From assembly GCF_963921235.1 (NCBI RefSeq), contig NC_086101.1:30132001-30196000 (forward strand): 64,000 nt of DNA. The letters are read 5' to 3'. A program made the translations under genes and the position numbers. This document shows positions 1 to 12,000 of this stretch, piece after piece. Under the pieces are notes generated by a model. It was given only the letters and a program-made list of their open reading frames with translations, searched no databases and was not told the DNA's origin. Source of the stretch: Mobula hypostoma (Eukaryota). Within the stretch, counting starts at the first letter, position 1; each line of letters opens with the position of its first letter.

Positions 1-174
1 CCCCTCCCCCACCTTCTTTATAGGGCCTCTGCCCCTTCCCTCTTCAGTCCTGACGAAGGGTTCCGGCCCGAAACGTTGACTGATCGTTTCCACGGATGCT
101 GCCCGACCTGGTGAGTTCCTCCAGCGTGTTGTGAGTGTTGCTTTGATCCCAGCGTCTGCAGAGTATTTTGTGTT
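1..174 (+). mobile_element. Penelope-like element pseudo-LTR 3' end (subfamily B)
   Basis: Motif cagtcctgacgaagggttccggcccgaaacgttgactg followed by gatgctgcccgacctg..gagttcctccagc; same subfamily as 42591-42777. Confidence 0.8.
44..83 (+). ncRNA. Minimal type I hammerhead ribozyme motif (PLE-borne, variant)
   Basis: TCAGTC(44-49) CTGACGA A GGG-TTCCGG-CCC GAAA CG TT GACTGA(78-83). Stem I is 6 bp, the cleavage triplet is GUU, and there is an extra unpaired A before stem II. Confidence 0.6.
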
Positions 175-203
175 CCCAACCTATCTAATCCTTCTGTAGA
201 CTC

Positions 204-370
204 AAGCAACACACATCAAAGTTGCACGTGAACACAGCAGGCCAGGCAGCATCTCTAGGAAGAGGTACAGTTGATGTTTCAGACCGAAACCCTTCGTCAG
301 GACTAACTGAGGAAAGAGTTAGTAAGAGATTTGAAAGTGGGAGGGGGAGGGGGAGATCCAAAATGATAGA
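204..370 (-). mobile_element. Penelope pseudo-LTR fragment (subfamily A), degenerate hammerhead
   Basis: Reverse complement of the pLTR seen at 5040-5235; stem III is mutated (GAAACATC). Confidence 0.75.
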
Positions 371-499
371 CTCCCTGCTTCATCAGCACTACCTGCCCCT
401 TCACTTATCTGTGCGTTATCTGTAAACGTGGGCACAAATGTGTCAATTGCATCATTCATATTGTTGATATACTACATAAAAATAAGTGGTCAGAATACA

Positions 500-1515
500 G
501 ACTAGACACTGGCAACCAACCAGAACAAAAACTCTATTCCCACTGTTTGCCTCTTGCCGACCAGCCAGTTTTCTATCCATGTTACTATCTTTCATGTGAT
601 ACCATCACTTCTTATCTTGTTAAACAGCCTCATGTATGGTCCCTTGACAAAGGCCTTATGAAAATCGAAGTTAACGTCATCAGACTCTCCTTTGTCTATC
701 TTGCTTGTATCTTTCCTCAATGCATTGTAGGTATCCTCAGGCATGATTTCTCCCTTAGAAAACCATGTTGTCTTATGCCTGTTTTATCATGTGCCTCACA
801 GTACCCTGAAACTTCATCCTTTATAATAGACTCCAACAACTTTCTAACCACTGAAGTCAGTCAACTGGCTTATAAATTCCTTTCCTCTGCTCCCTCTATT
901 TGTAAAGGATGAGAGTGACATTTGCAGTTTCCAACTCCTCAGGAGATATTCCAAAATCTAGTGATTCTTCAAAGATCATTACTAATATCTCCTCAATCTC
1001 TTCATCTACCTCTTTCTGAACACTGTGCTCCATCTGGTCCAGACCTTTCAGCTTGCCAAGCAGCTACTCCTTCGTAAGAGCAACTACAACTCACATCTGC
1101 CCTCTGCCACACTCGAATTTCTGACACACTGCTGGTGACTTCCACATTGCACACTGATGCAGAATACTTATTAAGTTAATTCACTATTTCTTTATTCCCC
1201 ATTAATACCTCTTCAACATACTTTTCCAATGGTTCAATATTCACTCTTGCCTCTCATTTAATCTTATAGACAGTAGACAACAGACAATAGGTGCAGGAGT
1301 AGGCCATTTGGCCCTTCGAGCCAGCACCACCATTCATTGTGATCATGGCTAATCATCCACAATCAGTATCCAGTTCCTGCCTTATCCCCATAACCTTTGA
1401 TTCCGCTATCGTTAAGAGCTCTATCCACCTCTTTCTTGAAAGCATCCAGAGACTTGGCCTCCACAGCCTTCTGGGGCAGAGCATTCCATATATCCACCAC
1501 TCTCTGGGTGAAATA
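500..1515 (-). mobile_element. CR1 LINE fragments including a 3' end (1265-1515)
   Basis: Reverse complement of the CR1 3' UTR (ataggtgcaggagtaggcc...) plus decayed RT-region sequence. Confidence 0.6.
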
Positions 1516-2439
1516 TCTTTATATATTTGTAAAATGTTTTGTAGCCTCTTTTATATTATTGGCTAGTTTACCTTCATATTTCATCTTTTCTCTTTTTGTG
1601 CCTTTTTAGTTTCTTTCTGTTATTTTTTAAAAGCTTTCCAATTCTCTGGTCCGGTGACTACTGGACTTTGTTTGGGAATCAAACTTTCACATTGCCCACT
1701 TCAACAAAGAAACAAAGACACTGCCATTTGATACAGTCACCCAGTGATTTAACCACATAACAATCCTTTAATGTTTTGCAGCTTGCTCCATAATACTAAA
1801 GCAATTCACAACATATTAACAATATCCATTTAAAGCCTAATAACAGCATACCAAAATCTGAGTGCTACCAATATATTTTCTGATGAGTTTCAGAATTCCT
1901 GGAAGCTCACTTTTATTCACTTCTGACAAGGAGGTTAAGCACAATGTTTCAAATATAGAACGTTGAGCACTGCACAAGATAGGCCCTTTGGCCCATGATA
2001 TTGTGTAGAATGATTTTAACACCCAGTATTTGGAGACAGGATGTGGTATAACTGATACTGATCAGCCAGGTAAGTAAGCGGAGAAGTACTGCGATCCTTG
2101 AATCAGAATCAGTTTTAATATCAATGGCATATGTCATGAAATATGTTGTTTAGTGGCAACAGTGAATAGTACATAATAAAAGAAACTATAAAAAGCTATA
2201 AATTTCTGGCTTTCAGTCTATATTTATCTGTCTCTCCCTCTCTTTATATATCTTTGATAATTTTCACTATTCTTTTGTTCCTGTTCTGTTGCTTTTATAC
2301 AGTTCCAGTGACCCAAGTTTGATCCTGACTTTGGTGTTGTCTGTGTAGAGGTGCGTGCATACCTCTGTACAGGTTTTTTTGTGGTCAGATGCAGACCATT
2401 TCATATACCAAACTATCATGCATCTAGTTAGAATGCTTC

Positions 2440-2990
2440 CTATGGTACATTGATAAAAATTAATAAAGAGTTATGGGAACACACCACTGTTCCCTAGCTT
2501 CTTGAAGAAGTAGAGGTGATTGTGAGCTATCTCTGCTCTGACATCAGTGGGTTTAGATCCGGACAGGCTATTAGCGATGTTTACTACCAGAAACTTGTAG
2601 CTCTCAACCCTCTCACTCTTAGCACTGTTGATGTAGCCAAGACTATGTGCAACATCCACTTCCTGAAATCAATGACTAATTCTTTTGTTTTGTTGATTCT
2701 GAGAGAAATGTTGGTGCCACGATACCATGTCACTAAGCTCCCTATCCCCCTCTTTTAACCATTATATGAGAGACAGCCCACTATGGTGGTATCATGTAGA
2801 TGGAGTTAGATCAGAGTCTAGCCACAGAGTTACTGTATGTATGTCCAGGAAGCAGAGTGGAGGGCTGAGGATGCAATCTTGTGGACTATGGAGTAGCGCT
2901 GAGTTTCTAGTTCCTTGTCAGTTCACTTCTCCATCCATGTCTTTGCCCTCCTTCTTTGTCCCATACTTGTGTTATCCGCAGACAATTTGT
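2440..2990 (-). mobile_element. Rex1/Babar-type LINE fragment
   Basis: ERVESYKFLVVNIANSLS...HLYFFKKL resembles the Rex1 C-terminal KFLG..LYFLRRL region. Confidence 0.55.
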
Positions 2991-3752
2991 CTTCCTATGT
3001 GGCATGGGATTAAACTCGCATCTACTCCTTAACTGTTGGAATAGGCAACATTGAGTCCAATGCCTTCACCTGTGTTGAATTGTTGGGGAACAATTAGTAC
3101 CAAATCCGTTGTCAAAATTGGACCTCTGACAAGATTAGCTTCTCCTAAGGGTGTCCAGCGAGATAGTTGTTCTTTTTTTCTCTCGGAAAGATGATAGATC
3201 TGTAGACACGCCACCAGTTCATCAATTATTCGTTTCCACAATTGGCCAAATAAGCACTTAAAAGTTCGAGGGAATCTGCCCAGGTGAACGACCTCGATCT
3301 GAATACAGTATCCCCCAGTTCTCAACAAACAAAGGTCACGTATTATATTAGAAGTGGACACAATAACTATTTGTGAATCTGGCATTAAAGTATACGATTT
3401 AAATGGAAACTCTTGATAGTAGACGAGTTTTGCTGAAGTAGTACAGCAAGATCGAAATGAATTGTGATTTACAGGAGAGCATTGGCTTCAAGTATTTAAT
3501 CATTTTCTCCGTCTTATGATTTCTCCCAATATCTCATTGAGTAGATTCTTCCCTAATTGGCCAGGCATCAGTGTCCAGCCCATTCTCTGCCCAGTGTCAA
3601 TGACCAGATCTGATTCCAATACCAATCGAATAGAGTTACAAATAAAGAGCGTTACCGTGAACATTTTTCAGCCCTTGGTCTCACGACACTGCTGGGCATG
3701 TCGTTATAGATAGCAATTTAGATTTGAGGCAGGTTAGGTTCTAATCACCCCG

Positions 3753-3797
3753 CCTAGAAGTTGATGACGAACTCCTATATAGGTACATTCTGATTGG
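3753..3797 (+). promoter_or_regulatory. MHC-type X1-X2-Y promoter module
   Basis: CCTAGAAGTTGATG (3753-3766) matches 12/14 of X1 consensus CCYAGNRACNGATG. TGACG X2/CRE half-site at 3765-3769. Y box CTGATTGG at 3790-3797. Lies 87 nt upstream of the exon-1 ATG in a locally CpG-rich stretch. Confidence 0.75.
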
Positions 3798-3883
3798 GTC
3801 AAAAGCTTCCGCACCGATTCTTTGAGGGTAAAGTGCGACTCGGTTCCGCTCCGGTCTTGGTGAGTCGGTGTGCATAGTTCAGG

Positions 3884-3935
3884 ATGTTCCTGTACGTGCT
3901 CTTGTGTTTCTTCCACTTACAAGTGGTTCTATCCA
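3884..3935 (+). CDS. MHC class I-like exon 1, signal peptide MFLYVLLCFFHLQVVLS
   Basis: ATG at 3884, hydrophobic 17-aa leader, then A|GTAAGT phase-1 donor. A plus TG from exon 2 gives M-SHSL. Lies directly downstream of the X-Y module. Confidence 0.85.
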
Positions 3936-4425
3936 GTAAGTACACTTTTCTAGTTTTATTTATTACTGAATGATGTCCCACCACCGAACAGAAGTGGGCT
4001 CGAAGTTAAAACCGCTTGCGCTCTGTAAAGTGCGGCTGGGGTTTGTGCAAGTGTAGCGTTTAATCTCTTACTTAAGACCGGTCTATCACCAGAACGGAGC
4101 TTCTGTTTTGTTTTTACAACACTTCGGGTTTCATTAGGCATCATTTTACTAGTGCCTAAGACTGAAACAAAAACTGTGCAAGATATTAATTTCTATTTAT
4201 GTAATTTGGGATACGACGTGGAAGATTTGGAGAACCGTGCCTTTCATCTTCATCACTTATAGAACGATATTTGTTGGGAAAATGTTATCACAATGAGAAG
4301 TGAAATTTCTAACTTACAACTATTTTCCATTTCCCCCCATTTACTTAGTGTTTACTTAGTTTGCAGATGACACTAAAATAGTGGTGTCATTACAATGAAG
4401 ATGTCAGGTGTTAGAGAGGGATATT

Positions 4426-5235
4426 AAGCAACACACATAAAAGTGACTGGTGAACGCAGCAGGCCAGGCAGCATCTCTAGGAAGAGGTACAGTCGACGTT
4501 TCGGGCCGAGACCCTTCATCAAGACTAACTGAAAGAAGAGCTAGTAAGAGATTTGAAAGTGGGAGGGGGAGCGAAAGATCCGAAATGATAGGAGAAGACA
4601 GGGGGAAGGATGGAACCAAGAGCTGGACAGGTGATTGGCAAAAGGGATATGAGAGGATCATGGGACAGGAGGCCCAGGGAGAAAGAAAAGGGGGAGGGGG
4701 GAAGCCCAGAGGATGGACAAGGGGTATAGTGAGAGGGACAGAGAGAGAAAACGAGTGCGTGTATATAAATAAATAACGGATGGGGTATGAGGGGGAGGTG
4801 GGGCATTATTCCCCTCGTACCCCATCCATTATTTATTTATTTATATATATGCACATTCTTTTTCTCTCTCTCTCCTTTTTCTCCCTCTGTCCCTCTCACT
4901 GTACCCCTGGCCCATCCTCTGGGCTTCCCCCTCCCCTTTTTCTTTCTCCCTCGGCCTCCTGTCCCATGATCCTGTCATATCCCTTTTGCCAATCACCTGT
5001 TCAGCTCTTGGCTCCATCCCTCCCCCTCCTGTCTTCGATCATTTTGGATCTCCCCCTCCCCCTCCCACTTTCAAATCTCTTACTAGCTCTTCCTTCAGTT
5101 AGTCCTGACGAAGGGTCTCGGCCTGAAACGTCGACTTTATCTCTTCCTATAGATGGTGCCTGGCCTGCTGCGTTCACCAGCAACTTTTATGTGTGTTGCT
5201 TGAAATTCCAGCATCTGCAGATATCCTCGTGTTTG
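4426..5235. mobile_element. Penelope insertion made of two inverted pLTR/3'UTR arms, 13-bp TSD
   Basis: TSD agagagggatatt at 4413-4425 and 5236-5248. Arms of about 370 bp are inverted around about 4802. It interrupts a CR1 RT fragment (FADDTKI..). Confidence 0.85.
5101..5136 (+). ncRNA. Minimal type I hammerhead ribozyme, intact core
   Basis: AGTC CTGACGA AGG-GTCTCGG-CCT GAAA CGTC GACT. Stem I AGTC/GACT, stem II AGG/CCT, palindromic stem III ACGT, GUC triplet with predicted cut after 5132. Confidence 0.75.
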
Positions 5236-5479
5236 AGAGAGGGATATTGATTAGCCTGACAAGTAGGCAAGAAGTACTATGATCCCTGAATCAGTTTTAA
5301 TGTCAATTGCATATGTCAAGAAATATGTTGTTTTGAGGCAGCAGTACATAATATAAGAAACTATAAAAAGCTACAAATTTCTAGCTTTCTATCCACATTT
5401 ATCTGTATTTCTCTGTTCATATATACCTTTGTTCATTTTCACTATTCTTTTGTCCTTTTACTCTCTTTTGGCACTACCT

Positions 5480-5780
5480 GTATAAAATAATTGAGAGTAT
5501 GCTGAGCTGTAATCAATAGACAGCCCCCTGATAAAGGTATTGTTATTGCCTAGCTGATCCAAGTCGAAAGCTAGAGACACATCATCTGCAGTAGGCCTGT
5601 TGTGACAGTCAGGAAATTGCAGAAGGCCCATGTCCTTGCTGAGACAACAATTGCCGAAAGGGTTTTGGCCTGAAATGTCAACTGTACTCTTTTCCATAGA
5701 TGCTGCCTGGCCTGCTGAGTTCCTTCAGCATTTTGTGTGTACTGCTCGGGTTTCCAGTATCTGCAGACTTTCTCTTGTTA
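5480..5780. mobile_element. Rex1 RT fragment (-) followed by Penelope pLTR fragment (+)
   Basis: LQFPDCHNRPTADDVSLA...FIRGLSIDYSSAY resembles Rex1 LQFAYR.NRST.DA...FIDYSSAF. The pLTR tail is gatgctgcctggcctgctgagttcc. Confidence 0.65.
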
Positions 5781-6479
5781 GAGAAGAGTAATAGATCAGC
5801 CATGAGCATAATTCAGTGTGGTGCAGGAACAAGCCCTTTGCCCTGAAATGTTGTGAGGAAGTTATTAAGTAGAAGACATCTAATACCTTCTTCCAGAATA
5901 TGGTCTATATTCATCCATTGTTTGTAATTAATGTGTACTTGTATATTTTCTACATCAACTGCTATCCTGGCAACAAATTCCAGGCACCCTCCACTTTCTT
6001 TAAAAATAAAATCCTGCACCCCACACAACTTTCCTTTCAACTTAAGCATGAGAGGAGTTAATTTTAAAGGTGATGCGTGAGAGAGGGTTGATAATGTGTG
6101 TCTGTGTTGGTGGGGTGGGGGAGGTAAATATTAAACAGTGTGACCCTGGGAAAAGGTTATCAACTGTCCTTTCTGTCTATACCTCATTATTATAGAAACA
6201 TCTATCAGATCTTTCTCAGCTTCTGTTGCTTCTTTGGAAACAACAAAAAAGCAATAGAAGTTAAAAAGACCATAAGACATAGGAGCAGAATTAGGCCACT
6301 TGTACCATCATCTACACTGACGTTCCATCATGCCTAGAAGTGACAGCTACGTATGAAACAATTATATTCTCTTTAACAATCTAATTTGGGGAAGTAAACA
6401 GTAACATAGTTATTGCAATTTCTGTTAATGAAGTTAAGCTAAAGAGCTTTTGAGAATGCTACCAAACACAATTTTACTT

Positions 6480-7110
6480 CATGTCATGAAAAGAATCAGT
6501 TTTAAAATATCCAGCATATGTCTTGAAATTTGTTGTTTTGTGGCAGACGAACATTGCAATACATAATAATAAAACTATAAATTACAATAAGTGCAAGTAA
6601 GTACAGTAGTGCAAAAAGAGAGGAGAAGTAATGAAGAAATGTTCATGGGTTCATTGACTATTCAGAAATCTGACAGTTCTCCAAGGAAGAAGCTATTCCT
6701 GGAATGTTGAGTCAATGTCTTTAGGCTCCTGTACCATCTCTTTGATGTAACATCAAGAAGAGGCCATGTACTGGGTGATGTGGGTCCTTAATGACAGATG
6801 CCACCTTTCTGAGATATCACCTTTTGAATGCGTCCATGATACTGGGGAGGCTAGTGCCCATAATGGAGATGGTGGAGTTTACAAATTTATGCAGCTTTTT
6901 CTGATCCTGTGCCATGGTGCCTCCATACCAGACAGCGATACATCTAGTTACAATGCTCTCCAAGGTGCACCTATGGAAATCTACAAGTGTCTTTCGTGAC
7001 ATACCAATTCTTCTCAAACTCTTGTGCTTTCCTTGTAATTACACCAATATTCTGGGGTTCAGGATAGATCTTCAGAGATACAGAACCCAGGAATTTGCAG
7101 CTTCTCCCCC
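6480..7110 (-). mobile_element. Rex1/Babar LINE 3' fragment
   Basis: FHRCTLESIVTRCIAVWYGG matches the Rex1 FYRCT.ESILT.CIT.WYG motif. Confidence 0.7.
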
Positions 7111-7156
7111 TATTTCTGAACAATCAATGAGGTTTGGTATCTATTCTGTCATTTTA

Positions 7157-7387
7157 AATCAGCGCCGGACTCTGGAGCAAAGGTTCCCGCGCTCGAACCC
7201 AGGTGGGTCACTCCCCGGCCTGCTTTCCATCCATGCCAGGTTGAGCGTCGAACTCGCAACTCGGCTTCATTAAAAAAAAAGACTGCGCTGTAAGAAGGCT
7301 GAGAGGGACCACTCACAGAATCTTTCCTCCAAGACAACCACTTGAAAAGTGGTCAACGAGGCTCTGGCACACACAAAAGAAAAAGAA
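7157..7387 (+). mobile_element. Putative tRNA-derived SINE, 5'-truncated
   Basis: B-box-like GCTCGAACCC near the 5' end, CpG-rich body, A-rich tail, and possible 7-bp TSD attttaa. Confidence 0.4.
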
Positions 7388-7589
7388 TATTTTAAGAAGT
7401 AACTTAAAGCAAGGATTAGAGGTGGCAATAGGAATGTGATTCTACTTTCTAGATCTGAACAAAGGATGTAAATTCTGGAGAATCAGCAAGTCAGAACTGA
7501 TAGCGGTTGGTTCAATGCTTGGGTCAACACCGGAGGTTCACCATGACACTAGAGATTTTAAACATATAATTTGATTTTACTGACTTTTA

Positions 7590-8150
7590 AGTAGACAAGT
7601 AGTAAATGCAACAGAATAACTATATTTGGAATATTCTGAGTAAATTTTGGCCCTGTATCTAATGAAAGATATGTTAGCTCTGGAGAGGAAGTTCAGAAGA
7701 ATTATCCCAGGAAAGAAAGCTTTAACACACGAGGAATGCTTGACATCTCTGAGTCTGTACTTGATGCAGTCCAGAAGGATGAGGTGGGGATGGGGTCCTC
7801 ATTGAAAGCCATTGAATACTGCAAGGCCTGGATAGGGTACAAATGGAGAAAATCTGGCCATTGGTAGGAGAATCTATGATCTGAGTGGACAGCCTTAGAA
7901 TAAATAGAAGACATTAGAAACTGAGATGAAGAGGAATTACTTCAGCCAGATTGACAAATCTGTGGAATTCATTGCCTCGGAGAGTAGTTGATGTTAAGTG
8001 TTTGGGTGTACTCAAGGTAAAGGTTAATGATTTCTTGATCTGTAAGGGTTACAGTGGGCATGGCTAGCAGAAAGAAAGAAAATGTTTATGAATATGGAGC
8101 AAACTTGATGGGCTGAGTGGCCCAATTCTAGTCCTCATTCTTATGGTTTT
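7590..8150 (+). mobile_element. CR1 LINE 3' fragment, decayed
   Basis: FW.PYL.KD..ALE.VQRR-like coding remnant and CR1 3' UTR. Confidence 0.6.
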
Positions 8151-8639
8151 ATTGGTAACAAGGTTCAACATGGTAAGGGAGATAATATGATGCTGGAATA
8201 ATTGTCATCAAACATTAACAGAGGCACATCCAGTGGAATTGCTTCTTCATTGCTCCAGCAAGCTAGTCTAACTCAATTGACCACCAGGCAGTCCATTTGA
8301 AACTTAAATGTTTTTGCTCAATATGTTCTGCTTTATTCTACTTCCAAGGTACATGTAAGTTGGTCACTGTAAATTGACTGGTTTTGATGCATATGGTAGA
8401 ATCTGGAGGGAGATGTTGGAATGTAGGGACAATAGAAGTGGGTTGAGTTTGGATTAGTATAAAGCTGGGTGCTTCATGGTTGCCATGGACACAGTGAGCA
8501 GAAAGGCCTGCTTCCGTGTCTCCATGACTATGTTTCAGCATTAAATGGGCAGTAAATGTGACTGCCTACAAGGTGAATCCTAACATCATGAATGGCTTTG
8601 AAAGGAAGTATAACATTTTGATAGGGAATACAAAACTAC

Positions 8640-8945
8640 ACCTCTCTGAATCCCTGCAGCATCTATTGATCATGTGATCTGTGACTTGGAGGCCAACATC
8701 AGAGCATCTTTCAAGAGGTGTAAGGTCTTGGTGGTATACTTGTAAGGGCACTAAAAACCTATGCCAACAAACCGGCGAGTGTGTTGAAGGACATCTTCAG
8801 TTTCTCACTGCTGCAGTTGGAAGTTCCCATCTGCTTCAAAACTGCAACAATCATACCTGTGCTCAAGAAGAGCAGAGTGAGTTCGCTCAATAACTATCAC
8901 CCAGTGCCACTCACATCTGCTGTGATGACGTACTTTGAGAGTCAA
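8640..8945 (+). mobile_element. Rex1 RT N-terminal fragment
   Basis: LKDIFSFSLLQLEVPICFKTATIIPVLKKSRVSSLNNYHPVPLTS. Confidence 0.7.
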
Positions 8946-9029
8946 ATTTTTGTACCCCAATCACTAGCAAAGGCAAATAAGGTGGGACAGATGGAGTGGA
9001 CTAATGTTAGAGTGGGGAGGTTTTGGCTC

Positions 9030-12000
9030 ATTGGGCTTGTGTGAGGACAGGCTTGGTGATGTACATATCCGCTAAGATCCTTCATCCTACAGTGAGGGTG
9101 TGTAGTTGGAGCAACGAGAATAACCTCAGGGGTGTGTCATGTTTTTTGTGTGCAATGTAGGAATGCTGGGAGGCATCCAGCCTCCTGGGCAACCATGTCA
9201 GCACCAGGTACACTGAGCTGCTGCTCCTCAGAGAATGTGTTATGAAACTGGAGCTGCAGCTTGATCACCTTCCCCTCATATGGGTAAATAAGGTGATAAA
9301 TAGGATCTGAAGGGAGGTAGTCACCCTTACGTTGAAGGCGGCAGGTACATGGGTGACTGTCAGGAGATGGTGCGGAAATGTGCAGCCCGTGCAGAGTACC
9401 CTTATGGCTGTTTCCCTTGATGATAGGTAAGCAACTTTGGACACTGTTGGGAGGGGGGCATGATGTACCAGGGGAAGTTGCAATGGCCTGGTCTTCAGTG
9501 CTTAGTCTTGCACTGTGGCTCAGAAGGGAAGTGGGAAGAAAAGAACTGCAGTAGTGATATGGGATTCCATAGGTAGAGCAGTAGACCCAAGATGCTGTGG
9601 ATACAATAGAGACACCTAGGTGGCATGTTGCCTCTCATGCTCCAAGATCAGGGTTGTGTTGAATTGGGTCCATGGCATTCTGAAGGAGGATGATGATCAG
9701 TCAGAAGTTTTGGTACATGTTGGAAACAAAGACATGGGCAGGAAAAGGAGGAGGTTTTTAAGACAGAATATAGTGAGATGGGGAGAAACATGAAAAACAA
9801 GACCATAATGATGGTAATCTCTGGATGGCTGCCTGTGCCACACACCGGTGAGGGTAAGATAAGATGATTTGGCAAATGGAACGTAGCTGAGGCATGGGCA
9901 GGCTTTCAGATTTCTGGATCATTGGGATCTCTACTGTGGAATGTCTAACCTATACAAAAGCGATGGGTTACAACTGAACCTGAGGGAGACTATCTTGTGG
10001 GCAGACTTTCTGGAACTGTTACAGAGATGTTAAACAATCATGGTCGTGGGAGGGGGAGTGTGCGGGAGTCATCGGGCTGAGGATAGGGCAGTTGGTTTAC
10101 AAGGATAGTCGGTTTGTAGTGAGACTGTCAGGAAAGACAGGTGGATGATAGAGCAAAATTGCAGTCAGTGAGACGAGTTACTGTGTAACAGGGACAAAAC
10201 TGTGAAAGGCTGATGAATACAGGACTGAAGGTGTTATATTTGAATGCACATAGTATATGGATTAAGGCAGGGATCCCCAAACTTTTTTGCACTGCGGACC
10301 AGTTTAATATTGACAATATTCTTGCGGACCGGCTGACCCGGGGGGGGGGGCGGGGGGGGATGGGGGGGTGGGTAAAGTTGCCAACGGACAAGAATAGCAG
10401 TCAAATATGTTGTGTTTACCCAGAAAAGACTACAATGACCATGAAGTCTTGCGTGAGCACCGGTGCACATGCGTGACCTGCCCCTGCGTTTACCTGTTGA
10501 TTTTTTTCCTGCAAATACATTTTTTGGCGATTCTGTTCGGTGGGGGGGGGGTGGTGTTAATCACGACCGGAATATAGGTGATAAGTGGCTATGACACTCA
10601 ATTTCGTTTGTAAAAGGGTTATCTAACGAATTTAACATTAAACACACAGCGCATATTTTCCTCGCCTGAATATAGTGATAAGTCAATTATCAGGGGAGGA
10701 CAGGGGAGCTTGAAGTAAGTGTTGAACGAACTTCCAGTAGAAGTGGCAGAAGCAGGTTCGATATTATCATTTAAAGAAAAATTGAATAGGTATATGGACA
10801 GGAAAGGAATGGAGGGTTATGGGCTGAGTGCAGGTCGGTGGGACTAGGTGAGAGTAGCATTGGACACGGACTAGAAGGGCCGGATCGCCTGTTTCCGTGC
10901 TGTAATTGTTATATGGTTATATAAGTAAGTCAATAGCATCATAACATTTTACGTAACGTTTGGATATTAAACACACAGCACATATGTTCCCCGTATGAAC
11001 GTATAAAATCATTGCAACACACCAATATCGCTGAATCAGTGGGAGCCCTGGGCTTGGTTTCCTCCAGCAACACGGTCCTATCGAAGGGTGATGGGAGACA
11101 GCGATACTCGAAGGGAATTCCTTATGTCCAGTCTATTCCGCAATTTAGTTTTCGTTGCATTCATTGCAGAAAACACCGCTTCGCAGAAAATTGTTGGAAA
11201 TGGAAGCAACTTTTTCAGTGCTTTTGTGGCTATCTCAGGATATTTAGCCTTGACTTTGATCCGGAATACCAGCAGAGATGTTATGTCAAACATACTTTTC
11301 AGCCCGCTGTCATTTGCAAGCTCGAGGAGTTGATCTCCTTCCCACGCTGATATGGATGACGCGCGGGTAATGACCTCGCATGCGTTCAAGATCAACAGTG
11401 GCTGTGACAGGGAATGAGGAAAGGTGCAGCTGACTCATATCGCCAAATCATATCATTTCCTCACGGCCCGGTAGCACATGCTTTGTGGCCCAGTGGTTGG
11501 GGACCGCTGGATTAAGGTAGATGATCTTGTAGCACAATTAGAAATGGTCAGGTATAACACTGTGGACATCACTGAATTGTGGCTGGATGAATATTATAGT
11601 TGGGAGTAACATCCAAGGATACACATTGTATTGAAAGGACACACAGGCAGGCAAAGGATGTGACATGGCTCTGTTGATTTAAAAAAAATCAAATCCTTTG
11701 AGGTGACATGGGATCTGAAGATGTAGAATCCTCGTAGGCAAAGAAATCTCAAGGGTAAAAAGACCCTGATAGGAATTTCCTCAACAGTAGCCAGGATGTA
11801 GGTTGCAAATTACAACAGGAGGTAGATGAAGAATATCTAAAGGGTAATGTTATAATAGTCATGGGGGAAGAATAGTCTGTAGGTGGATTGGGAAAATTAA
11901 GTTTGTGCTGATTTTGTATTCCAAGAGAAAATTTGTAGAATGCCTATGAAATGGCTTTTTAGGGCAGCTTGTGGTTAAACCAACTAAGGGATTAGATATT

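Noticed and set aside
3029-4144. Chain of minus-strand ORFs (up to about 150 open codons) that first suggested an endogenous viral element
   Set aside because: No recognisable viral motif. The region is explained on the + strand as the MHC promoter, exon 1 and CpG-rich flank. A profile search would settle the 3029-3490 frame.
4404-5250. Recurrent ORFs such as MLVNAAGQAASLGRG.. / MILSYPF.. that look like a multigene family
   Set aside because: They are translations of Penelope pLTR/3'UTR repeats, not genes.
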